Shown here piece by piece: positions 19,167 through 28,497 of a DNA stretch of 64,000 nt. Position 1 is the stretch's first letter. Every line of letters starts with the position of its first letter. Source of the DNA: Sedimentisphaerales bacterium (GTDB taxonomy: Bacteria; Planctomycetota; Phycisphaerae; Sedimentisphaerales; SM23-30); assembly GCA_963666285.1 (NCBI GenBank), contig OY762711.1; one strand, 5' to 3'. The position numbers and the translations under genes are program-made. A model generated the notes under the pieces. The model saw only the letters and a list, made by a program, of their open reading frames with translations. It did no database searches and had not been told where the DNA came from.

Positions 19167-19338
19167 GTTGTATTCTCAATGTGGCAGCATTAAAATTGTA
19201 TTTTGTTGTTAAAATGATGATTTTACATTTCTGTTACAACTTGAGACATTGTATCATATTATGCCATATAATGTCAGTATATATTGTTTTATATAAGTGT
19301 TTGATAAACATTGCATTAGAGATAGAGTTTTAAGTCAT

Positions 19339-21105
19339 ATGCCTTCAAATAATAAAAATACCAAAGCAGGAATTAAAAAATTAACAGATGTACAATCCTT
19401 TGAGCGAGGGGAAGATTATTATGCTCGTGGCCTTGTGAAATCACTTATCATTGACGATGATGAGATAGTAGCAAAAGTGAGTGGGACTGCTAAATATAAG
19501 GTCGTACTGAAATTATCTGAAAAAGATATCGAAGCTGACTGTAATTGCCCAATGGGTAATGGCGGGTATTTTTGCAAACATTGTGTTGCAACTGCTCTTG
19601 CGTATATTTATGGTCAGACCATTGAGATGAAAACTAATAAAAAAGCAAAGAAAAAAGCTAAGACAACTCAAATTACTGTGAGTGATATCAGGAAATATTT
19701 CAACCGCAAAGAAAAGAAAGAACTGGTTGATTTGTTAATTGAGCAAGTAAAGGATAATGACCGTTTTAAAAGTAAGCTGACATTAGAATTGGCAATGGAA
19801 AGTGAAGATGAGGTAGCAGTAGCTACTCTGTATAAGATGGTTGACAAAGTATGTGATTCTTATGAAGATTATGATATTGAATTTGGATATAACTATCAGG
19901 ATACGGTTGATTGTGGGGATCAGGCTGATGAAGTAGTTAACGCTATAGAAAATCTGCTTAAAAAAGGATTGTGTATTGAGGTAATGGATTTAGCGGAATA
20001 TACTATTGAAAAGTTTGAGGCTGTCATAGCATTTACAAATGATTATGATAGCGGTTTGTATGATTGCATTGAAGATATTGCTGAGATGCATTTCGAGGCG
20101 TGTAAAAATGCTAAACTTGATTCAAAGGAGTTAGCTGAAAGACTATTTCGATTAAGCCTTCAGGAAGGTGATAGCTTTTATGGAGTGTATAAAACGTATT
20201 CGCCGACTCTTGGAGAAAAAGGAAAACAATTCTTTCGAGAATTATTATTGGAACAATACAACAGGCTGCCTTCGCTGGGAAAAGGGAAAAAACAACCATA
20301 CAATCATACTCGTAATCTAATTATCTCAATGATGGAAGATATTGCAAAGGAAAATGGCGATCTTGAGATGCTTGTTGAGATTAAAAGTAAAAACCTGGTA
20401 GATTCACGGGATTATTTGAGAATCGCTGAGTTATATAAAGAGTATAAACAGCGGGATAAAGCTTTGGAATGGGCAGAGAAGGCTGTAAAAGTTTTTGGGA
20501 AGAAAGAGCGTTACGGACAATTAGCTGAATTTCTTGCATCTGAATATAGTTTTAAGAAACAGAATGATAAAGCCATGGAAATTGTCTGGCAGGAATTTGT
20601 ACGGAATGTTGATTTAGGTTCATATAAGGACTTGAAAAAATATGCGGATAAGTGTAAGCAATGGAAAGTCTGGAAAGAAAGAGCGATAAGTTATATTGAA
20701 GAGGAAATAGCGAAGCAAAAGCAACAGAGAAAAGGCCAATGGGGTTATTCAAGGAATTCTGATCATTCAATATTGGTACAAATATATTTGTGGGAAAAGG
20801 CTCCGCAAAAAGCCTGGTCTGAAGCGAAGGCCGGTGGGTGTTCAACTGATTTATGGCTAAAACTTGCAAAACACAGAGAACAGAAATATCCAGAAGATTC
20901 TGTGCAGATTTATCAAAAGGCAGTTGAAATGTTTGTGGGGCAAACTAATAATGATGCTTATAAAGAAGCAGTTAGTTACGTCAAAATTATTAAAAAACTG
21001 ATGGCGGCAATGAAACAAAAAGACTCTTTTGACCAGTATATTGCTCAACTTAAGACTACTCATAAACGCAAGCGTAATTTTATCAAATTGATTGAAAAGT
21101 ATTGA
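19339..21105 (+). CDS. SWIM zinc-finger protein with helical-repeat C-terminus
   Basis: FERGEDYY..G.V followed by the SWIM signature CNCP...FCKHCVA. Confidence 0.85.
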   Translation: MPSNNKNTKAGIKKLTDVQSFERGEDYYARGLVKSLIIDDDEIVAKVSGTAKYKVVLKLSEKDIEADCNCPMGNGGYFCKHCVATALAYIYGQTIEMKTNKKAKKKAKTTQITVSDIRKYFNRKEKKELVDLLIEQVKDNDRFKSKLTLELAMESEDEVAVATLYKMVDKVCDSYEDYDIEFGYNYQDTVDCGDQADEVVNAIENLLKKGLCIEVMDLAEYTIEKFEAVIAFTNDYDSGLYDCIEDIAEMHFEACKNAKLDSKELAERLFRLSLQEGDSFYGVYKTYSPTLGEKGKQFFRELLLEQYNRLPSLGKGKKQPYNHTRNLIISMMEDIAKENGDLEMLVEIKSKNLVDSRDYLRIAELYKEYKQRDKALEWAEKAVKVFGKKERYGQLAEFLASEYSFKKQNDKAMEIVWQEFVRNVDLGSYKDLKKYADKCKQWKVWKERAISYIEEEIAKQKQQRKGQWGYSRNSDHSILVQIYLWEKAPQKAWSEAKAGGCSTDLWLKLAKHREQKYPEDSVQIYQKAVEMFVGQTNNDAYKEAVSYVKIIKKLMAAMKQKDSFDQYIAQLKTTHKRKRNFIKLIEKY

Positions 21106-21159
21106 AAATACACAGTAGTCTATAAACAAATTGCACTGTATGGCTTTGTGTCAATTATA

Positions 21160-21375
21160 TCAATCATCTTCCATGAGCTCCCATAGTTCATTTTGGTGCA
21201 AGAATATAGGATCGGCATTTTCTCGAATATAATCATCGATGGGCACACCATCGATAGTTGGCGACTTTTTGATGCGTTTTTGTTTGCCGTTTATGAAAAT
21301 AGTTTCATACTGCTGACTTTTGGCTTTACGGGCTGCTTTTTCTTTTGCGGTTAATTTACGTTTCTTTTTTGGCAT
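21160..21375 (-). CDS. small basic hypothetical protein
   Basis: MPKKKRKLT...NGKQKRIK..PTIDG...ADPIFLHQNELWE; starts 5 bp after the abiEii frame ends. Confidence 0.6.
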   Translation of the reverse strand: MPKKKRKLTAKEKAARKAKSQQYETIFINGKQKRIKKSPTIDGVPIDDYIRENADPIFLHQNELWELMEDD

Positions 21376-21380
21376 GAATA

Positions 21381-22346
21381 TTACTGCCTGTTTTTGTGTT
21401 GTTGGACATTGACCGCTTTCCATTGCAGTAGTGGATGGGCAGCTATTCGCTCGATCATGCCAGTGTCTCTAGTTAATAGTTCCGGTTTAATTTCACCATT
21501 GTCCAGAATTTCGTCAAGAAAATCGATTTCGTTTTCTCGAAGTGGCAAAATAATATCCATGGATTTTTTACATTCCAGAATCATTTTCTCTGCCCAGCCG
21601 GCAGACATTTCAGCTTCAATAAACTGCTTGCGAACCACTGGTAGAAGCAGGTTTTCCAATTCGAGTTTATCAAAACCAATATCATTGACACTTATGGTTC
21701 GCTAGTCTTTGCGGTTCATTGCACCGTATAACACAAAACCAAAGCGAAGCTTTTCGTAGTCAAGTTTGATTTTTGTCAGCAAATGGTGTGCATCAAACAA
21801 ATCACGGCTGGTATGGCGGGAGAGCAGGGCAGCTAGTTTTCCGGCGGCTAGTTCGTGAATGTCAAGTACGGGAATCTGCTTGGCCGAGTAGCTGCCGACT
21901 GTTGCGTCCATTTTTATGACCGGCCAAAGAGGGACGCGAAACATGAAGTTTAAATCCACTTCAAGGTTACTACCTTCCCCGATGGAACTTTCATAGCGTA
22001 GTCGCCATTTTCCGCCAGCGTGGTCGTCCGGTGTGCGTACAATATTCAATCCTTCCCGTGAACAAACTGCTTGAATGGCCAGTTCAACTTTTGGACGCTC
22101 ATCCATCATAGTCTGGCGATCTGCCGCGCCAATATAGTTCAGATCTATATCTACCGACAGTCGGGGCAGGTCAAACAGAAACAGATTCAATGCTGTTCCG
22201 CCTTTGAGTACCATCCTGCTTTTTAGAAAAGGATGGCGGTTGAATCCGTCAAGCAGATTCAGGAGTTGGATTACTTTTTCCAGAACTTCCGGGCGAAATC
22301 CGGTCTCATGTGCTTCAGCAAGTAGCCGTTTGTGTGAAATTTTCAT
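21381..22346 (-). pseudogene. abiEii: AbiEii/AbiGii nucleotidyltransferase toxin with in-frame TAG
   Basis: LKGGTALNLF..RLSVDIDL, KLAALLSR..RDLFD. TAG at 21704-21702 is followed in frame by RTISVND..LENLLLP to the stop at 21381. Confidence 0.85.
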
Positions 22347-23134
22347 ATTACAGTTTCCCATGACCGATCGGCAAGCCACTGTGGTATGACTATATTCCAA
22401 TCTCGGATTACGCTACCACTGCCTCCACGTTCCAGATAAAATGCCTGTTTGGGACGAAGTTTGCTAAGCTCGGCCAGGTGTGAATCATCAACCATCAATT
22501 CTTTCTTATGCTGCTGAAGGTAGAAACCGACCTTAGCAGCTGTCGTTTTCTTACCGAGTATATGTACATATTCTATTATGGTATCCAGATCGAAGTATTC
22601 TACCGATTCAAGCGAGCGATATATTTCCTCCCAACCGCCGCCAAGGTTTGGGCGGTCAAGCAGGTCAACCAGTGTTCGTTCGAGTGTGGTTACTCGTATA
22701 TTCAGCCCATTACGCTCTACTGTTGTGGTGGCAAAATAGGGCTGGTTTGCTTCAACCAATGCTTTGGATGTGGATGTGCATTCATAGCGACAGCTATCCA
22801 ATTCAAACGGGTGAAACGCCCGGACACTGCCATAGGTGTATTTCTGGAAGGTAGAGTAAGCTTTGCCGAAAAGCTCAAGAGCTGTGTGAAATGATAGATA
22901 AGCATCATTTGCCAGTTTGGAAGCCAGCTGGTAAGGATCGGCTTGGAAATGTTCTGGTGCGATCCCATCTGGCACAACGGCGTATATACCTTTACGGATA
23001 AGGTGGAGTCGTCCCTGTTTGCAGTATTGTGCCAATGAGCTTTTCCGTGTCCACGGACTTGTGTCTTTTTTGTATTCATCAAACTCATCGCGTCTGAATA
23101 CGGGATTGTTCGCAAAGAAGTTTTTTATGTTCAT
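22343..23134 (-). CDS. abiEi: AbiEi type IV antitoxin / transcriptional regulator
   Basis: IRKGIY, YLSFHTAL, VTTLERTLVD motifs; ATGA overlap with abiEii. Confidence 0.85.
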   Translation of the reverse strand: MNIKNFFANNPVFRRDEFDEYKKDTSPWTRKSSLAQYCKQGRLHLIRKGIYAVVPDGIAPEHFQADPYQLASKLANDAYLSFHTALELFGKAYSTFQKYTYGSVRAFHPFELDSCRYECTSTSKALVEANQPYFATTTVERNGLNIRVTTLERTLVDLLDRPNLGGGWEEIYRSLESVEYFDLDTIIEYVHILGKKTTAAKVGFYLQQHKKELMVDDSHLAELSKLRPKQAFYLERGGSGSVIRDWNIVIPQWLADRSWETVI

Positions 23135-23175
23135 CGCAGTAACTCCGTTTACAATTTAGTCATATAAGGTTACTG

Positions 23176-23279
23176 AATATAGCCTTTTGTGAGAATTATG
23201 TCAATCATTATAAGTGTAGTTTACAATTCTGTCGATTAGGGTGTGTTTATGTAGCCTTTATAGATGGAATTGTAAACTA
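23176..23279 (-). promoter_or_regulatory. abiE promoter and inverted-repeat operator
   Basis: Minus-strand TTGACA (23204-23199)-N17-TATATT (23181-23176). Inverted repeat TAGTTTACAATTC (23217-23229) / GAATTGTAAACTA (23267-23279). Confidence 0.65.
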
Positions 23280-24494
23280 GTGTTTTGTCAATTTATAAAT
23301 TTGGGATAGAGTGTTTTTAGTTTAGTTCTGGCATTTTCAACCGTGAATTGCCAATCTACGTCTCTTTGGTTTTGGTTGCATGAAGTTGCCCAAGCATGAG
23401 TTTCTTCTATAAGTGAATCTATATCAGCAATTAGTCTGCCAGTTATACATTGTCTGGTTAGTGAACTTAGTTCACATTCAGCGATATTTAACCAACTGCC
23501 ATGTTTCGGGGTATAATGAAACTCCAATCGTTCAATCAAAGCTCTGGCTTCCTTTGGAGCAAACACTTCATAAAAGGCTCCTTTTGTATGAGTATTAAAA
23601 TTGTCACAAACTAAAATAACTTTTTCTGCTTCACTATAAATCTTTTTACTTCTAATGCCCAGTCTGCTTTTGTACGGCAGGGCAAAGCACTTACATTACG
23701 CCAGGCAGCTAAGGGTTCAGCAAACATAAATATACATGCCGTTCCTGCTCGCTCATATTCATAATCTACCCTGCGAGGATGATTTATTCTTGCAGGTATA
23801 GTCTTCCTGGTTTCCTTGAGCAACTGAACCGGCTGTTCATCCATACATAATACCGGATATGCAGGATTGTATGATCGAGAATATATTTCGAGTACATCTT
23901 CCATGCATGCCACAAATTCGGCATTAGATTCAGGAGGAATAACCCAATATTGGATTTTTTGTTTGGTCATTCCATTTTTTTTAAGGTAGTGCGAATAGTC
24001 TCGTGACTTATTGAATCCACTATTTCTAATTCCACTACTTTTTCTGCCAACAAACGCAAAGTCCAGTGAGCATAACCTTTAGGTGGATCACTTAAACGCA
24101 AAGCTATAATCTCTGCTTCTTGTTTGCCGTCTAAAACCTTGGCTCTCGGTGGTTTAGCTTGTGGCTTACGATTCAGACAAGCCTCGAAACCTTCAGTTAC
24201 AAACTTCTGTCTGACATTCTCCACTGTCTGAGTTCTACACATAAAAGCTTCCGCTATCTGCAGGTCTTTCCAGTTTGGACCGTTAACGTCAGCTTTTAAT
24301 AAAATATTAGCTCTACGGACTTTTTGGGAAGAACCACTGAGTTTTTTTACTATCGAAAAAAGTATATCTCGTTCTTCATCCGTAAGACAAACTATGTACT
24401 TCTTTTCCATGATAAATTCTCCATAATATGGTTAATAGTATAGAAAATTTATCGGATTATTACTATCCTAAACTATAATTTTGACTAAACGCTA
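23278..24494 (-). mobile_element. IS630-family insertion sequence
   Basis: Imperfect terminal inverted repeats CTAGTGTTTTGTCAA.. / ..TTGACTAAACGCTAG, with TA duplicated in a CTAG context (23278-79 and 24493-94). Confidence 0.88.
23288..24410 (-). pseudogene. IS630 transposase, split into three frames
   Basis: HTH orfA (24410-23967); A8 slippery run at 23982-23975 (typical programmed -1 shift); CMDE, then a second lesion near 23640 before VCDNFNTH; TPKHGSWLNIAE. Confidence 0.85.
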
Positions 24495-24701
24495 GTATGT
24501 TTTCGGCAGCAAACAATGCGAAGATAGCATTTATTGTACTATTTGATAATTCAGGCCAAACCTCTATTACCTGATTAAGCTCAGGATATTTTTGACATAT
24601 TTCAGCATAAGGTAGCGTATTTTCTGCAGAACTGATGTCGGAACTAGTTTGAGGGCTATTATAAGTGCTTGTTAGTAAAGTGTTTGCGTTGTATATTGTT
24701 T

Positions 24702-24757
24702 GGTCTTGAAAACCGTTGAGGGTAACACCTCCGGGGTTTCGAATCCCTCTCTCTCCG
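24702..24757 (+). other. 3' fragment of tRNA-Ser(TGA); probable att site of an integrated island
   Basis: GGT-CTTGAAA-ACC anticodon arm, long variable arm GAGG-GTAACA-CCTC, TTCGAATCC T-loop, TCTCTCC-G acceptor strand. No 5' half or D arm; one T-stem mismatch. Confidence 0.85.
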
Positions 24758-25250
24758 TTATTATAATTCCTTATTGCTTAATTGGTTATAAGAAATTGTT
24801 TTAAATATACGATACTTTATTTCTATAAACATATCGTTTTTAGCTCAAAAATGCGTCCTATAACCGATGTAATTTCTACTTAATCGCTTGTGAAACTTAA
24901 GCTTATGGAAAAATATTTGTTTGTAGGCGTAAATTGGTAACCTATCATTCTATATTTCATTTTAGTTAGAATAAAGCCTATGGTGAAACGAATTGTCATG
25001 CCTTATGCATTTTGATGGTACAAGGAATTTGGTTTTTTAATATCGCTTTATAGTAGCTATGCTGAATTGGTTTATATGGGGATAGGGCTGTCTTATTTTC
25101 AATAATCTGTTACAGGAACATACAGATCAACCGTAAAATCTTCAATTGACCGTTGATCTTTGCCTAGGATATCTACTACTTGTAGCTGCCCGGCAGGAAT
25201 TCTCCTATGTTTCATAATTATATGTACTATTAATTGGATACTAATACTTT

Positions 25251-26090
25251 TCATGGTTGCCAGCCCAGATTTCCCCACGTAGCACGCTGGAAATACTTTA
25301 GGTCTTCGCTGGGCATGTCAACTTGCGGCATTTTGTATGCTCCATCAGCGACGGCATATGCTTCTTTAATTGCCTTGTAAGTTTCCATTGAAAATTTATA
25401 AGGATCAACATGACCGTCAGCAAAACCGTTTAAGGCAGACTGGCTGTGTTTGTAACTGGGGATATTCCACCATTGCGATTTACCATACCAGAGAGCAAAG
25501 TAAGCATCTTTGTTTTTGCCAATACCATCTACAAATAAAAATCTTTCTGACGGCCTTTTTATACTGTCAATTTTGTTGAAGACCTTTCCAGTTGTTGAGG
25601 TGTCATAATTAACTGACTTGTCAGATTGGGTGAATTTGCTTTGCCATTGAGCGGCCATGCCGTAGCTTCTAACCTGTAATTTATCAGGGTCAGCAGGGCA
25701 GCGCCAGCAGTCTGTGCTTTCAATGTATTTCCAGAGCTGTCCTTTAACCAGTCCGGTGTATGTGTCAGTTGAATTTCCGTAATTTTGCACTTGCGGATCC
25801 AGGGTGTTTTCTCCGTTAGCGTCATAAGTGTAGCCGCACCAACCCGGCTTGGTGACAGATCCATCTACCCAGGTGTTAGATGCATAAGGCGTATTTCCCT
25901 GGTTGTCGCCGCAATAATAGATAGTTGCCATTGCCAGGCTGCGTAAATTTGAGGAGCAAACAGTTTTTTTTGCCTGATCTCTGGCTTTATTTAGTGCAGG
26001 CATCAGGATTGATACCAGTAGTGCAATAATAGAAATAACAACCAGTAATTCGATCAGTGTAAAAGCCTTTGATTTAAATGTACATTTCAT
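25251..26090 (-). CDS. prepilin-type cleavage/methylation protein with H-X9-DG motif
   Basis: AFTLIELLVVISIIALLVSILMPALNKAR; CPAD; exact H-SQSALNGFA-DGH. Confidence 0.9.
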   Translation of the reverse strand: MKCTFKSKAFTLIELLVVISIIALLVSILMPALNKARDQAKKTVCSSNLRSLAMATIYYCGDNQGNTPYASNTWVDGSVTKPGWCGYTYDANGENTLDPQVQNYGNSTDTYTGLVKGQLWKYIESTDCWRCPADPDKLQVRSYGMAAQWQSKFTQSDKSVNYDTSTTGKVFNKIDSIKRPSERFLFVDGIGKNKDAYFALWYGKSQWWNIPSYKHSQSALNGFADGHVDPYKFSMETYKAIKEAYAVADGAYKMPQVDMPSEDLKYFQRATWGNLGWQP

Positions 26091-26188
26091 GTTTAGTCTC
26101 CTTTTTCATACTATTTTAGAATGAATGTTTATAATTATGTTAATTATTAAATTTTCTGTATTATCAGTTATTACATAATGAATACTGC

Positions 26189-28444
26189 TTACTCTAATGT
26201 GCCGCAGGAAATTTGTAGAGGATCAAGGGTGAATTCAATATTTGCATTGATATAACCCAGAGTAGTCTCATCCTTAAAAGTCAGTTTTTTCCCTTTATTG
26301 TTTTTCCAGACGCATGTTATAGGGGAGCGAGTGGTGTTAACAGCGGAAGCGATTATTTTGCCTTCTACCTTTGTGTATCTATAGAATATGCCTTTAACTG
26401 GTTTATTAGTTTCTGAATCGATCAGTTGATATTCGCCATAGGTTCCAATTGATTTAAGAGCAGTTTTTATTTTATCTGGAAAAATGTTGCTTTCGTATTG
26501 GTCCAGATTTAGGGCGGTTACTGCGGTGTCGTTAAATATATTGTGTTTCCTTGACTGAGCGTATTCATTAAACTTAGCAACATCATTGCCAATCAGGATA
26601 GCAGCGGCAGTATTTGAATGGAATCCCATTTTAAGGAAATAGTCAATTCCGTCTAATGCTTTATCGGTTACGTGGGTCGTACCTGGTAAAATAATAACTT
26701 TTACAGAAGGGAGTTTTCTTGAGAATTCGTCAGTTTCCAACATTTGTTCAGGGATAATTGCATAGTTAATGCCAAGTTCGTTAAAAGCTGCTACACAACT
26801 GGTGAATGCCGCCATTGAGTCCTGGTTTCTCAATAATGAGGCTCTTGAGTATAGTATGCCTACTTCCGGCTTAGCTTCAGCCAATGAAGCAATATAGGGC
26901 ATAAGTCTCATAGCGTCAAGACCTGTTCGTACGTATTCTTCAGTTTGAAGAGGGCGATATTTGAATAATCCTTTGAAAATGTTATTATCGACATTGTCCC
27001 TTCTTTCCCAGGACCATGCCGTAGAACCATGTTGTCCTGTTAATAATTGCAGCCACATGCCGGCTCTAACATGCCCCGGAAGGACATCGTTATTGTCTCT
27101 ATCTCTCAAAAGATGATTTTCTGTGTTGACGACAGGCAGCATTCTAGCTGACCTGAGCATAATATTATGTAATGTGACTTGAGTGGCATCAATGGCGTAA
27201 TTTGATTCTGAATTAACTTTTGCAGGTGATGCACCACCGTCCATGCCATTCATGTCAAAATACTGGCTAAGATAGTAATGGTCGATTCCCTGTATGAGAT
27301 CAAATTGCTTTAGTGATCTGTCAATAGCCTTCATGTGAGTAGGCTTTTCCTGGATGCCATTTTCTTTTAGAGCCAGTTTGGTAGTATCGCTTAATCCGAC
27401 CAGCCATTTAGAGAAAGTCTGGTCGTTAAATCTCATCCAGTCGAAAAGTACGGGCTCCTGAGGAAATGGAGTCCTGGGCGGCTGGAGATATGCAGGTACT
27501 TCAGACCAGTCAGCAAAAGTTGTGTTCCATTTTATATTGGCATTTTCGATAGTCTTAAATTTGTCTTTGAGATAATTTTCCCAGAGGCTACGAATTTCCG
27601 GTACTTGTGTCCAGATGAATGCTACTGGTTCATTAGCCATACACAAAGACCACAAACCAGGTTCATCTCCCATTTTTTCGACTATTGTGTTAATATGCCT
27701 GCTTAAAATATTATTCACTGTATTATTAAAGATGTTGACTCTTAAAAAACCTCCCAGGTGTGGATATAGTTTAGGGTATTTGCTTTTGGCCCAGTCTGGT
27801 GTGTAATGAGGAGAGATTAACAGATCAACCAGTACTCCGGATTTGTATGCTTTGGCCAAAAATGTTTTGTATTCATTGATGCGAGGTGTGTCAATTTCTG
27901 TTTCACTTTTGAGTGTACCTCTTGGACCTATTTCAGTTTGGGCAAAATTGGTTCCCAGTTTGCCGAGCCATTCTATTTCTTTTCGTAATTCATGGAAATG
28001 GCCAAAGCCAAAAAGATATACAGGTCTATCTTTTTCAACGGTTCCATCGCTCCAGATTACGTCCTGCTGAAAATGGCCGCCATTAATAACAGGGAGACAT
28101 TCCTTAATTCTATTTACAGTCTTTTGGTTTGATATATCGCCATTGATAATTAGGTTGAGTCGCTTTCTTTCATCATCAATGATTTTTCTGATATCTCTCT
28201 GGGAATATGAACCCAGGTCTGGATATTGTTTTATATCATTTGGTAGATATTGCAGAAATCTTTCTATAACCATTAATCTCATACTGCAGTATTGGTCTTT
28301 TTTGTTAATAGCTTCAGCTTTTGCTGCTAGTTGCTTTAAGCTTTCAAACTCACTTGCGAGTTTGGTTATACTATCTTCAGCAGCAATAACTGAGGTGGCT
28401 AAAAGCCATATAAGCATAGATGATATATACTTTGTAAGTTTCAT
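26189..28444 (-). CDS. secreted GH42-like (clan GH-A) glycoside hydrolase
   Basis: Signal peptide; PHYTPDW, ANEP acid/base, YLKDKFKTIENANIKWNT.F..W, DWMRF, NTENH putative nucleophile, trimerisation-like domain. Confidence 0.65.
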   Translation of the reverse strand: MKLTKYISSMLIWLLATSVIAAEDSITKLASEFESLKQLAAKAEAINKKDQYCSMRLMVIERFLQYLPNDIKQYPDLGSYSQRDIRKIIDDERKRLNLIINGDISNQKTVNRIKECLPVINGGHFQQDVIWSDGTVEKDRPVYLFGFGHFHELRKEIEWLGKLGTNFAQTEIGPRGTLKSETEIDTPRINEYKTFLAKAYKSGVLVDLLISPHYTPDWAKSKYPKLYPHLGGFLRVNIFNNTVNNILSRHINTIVEKMGDEPGLWSLCMANEPVAFIWTQVPEIRSLWENYLKDKFKTIENANIKWNTTFADWSEVPAYLQPPRTPFPQEPVLFDWMRFNDQTFSKWLVGLSDTTKLALKENGIQEKPTHMKAIDRSLKQFDLIQGIDHYYLSQYFDMNGMDGGASPAKVNSESNYAIDATQVTLHNIMLRSARMLPVVNTENHLLRDRDNNDVLPGHVRAGMWLQLLTGQHGSTAWSWERRDNVDNNIFKGLFKYRPLQTEEYVRTGLDAMRLMPYIASLAEAKPEVGILYSRASLLRNQDSMAAFTSCVAAFNELGINYAIIPEQMLETDEFSRKLPSVKVIILPGTTHVTDKALDGIDYFLKMGFHSNTAAAILIGNDVAKFNEYAQSRKHNIFNDTAVTALNLDQYESNIFPDKIKTALKSIGTYGEYQLIDSETNKPVKGIFYRYTKVEGKIIASAVNTTRSPITCVWKNNKGKKLTFKDETTLGYINANIEFTLDPLQISCGTLE

Positions 28445-28497
28445 AGGTACTCCTGTCACATTTAGTAAATTTTATTATATTCCTCAATGATTTCTAA

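Noticed and set aside
21702..21704. pyrrolysine or TAG recoding
   Set aside because: Other genes here end normally at TAG (e.g. 14991, 16385, 37315) and no pyl genes are present.
24702..24757. functional tRNA-Ser or tRNA-Sec
   Set aside because: The 5' acceptor strand and D arm are absent. The anticodon is TGA (Ser), not TCA.
24660..24792. TAA-N4-TT(G/A) motifs flanking the tRNA fragment as dif/Xer sites
   Set aside because: Poor match to dif. They could be IHF-like or integrase arm sites but are too degenerate to call.
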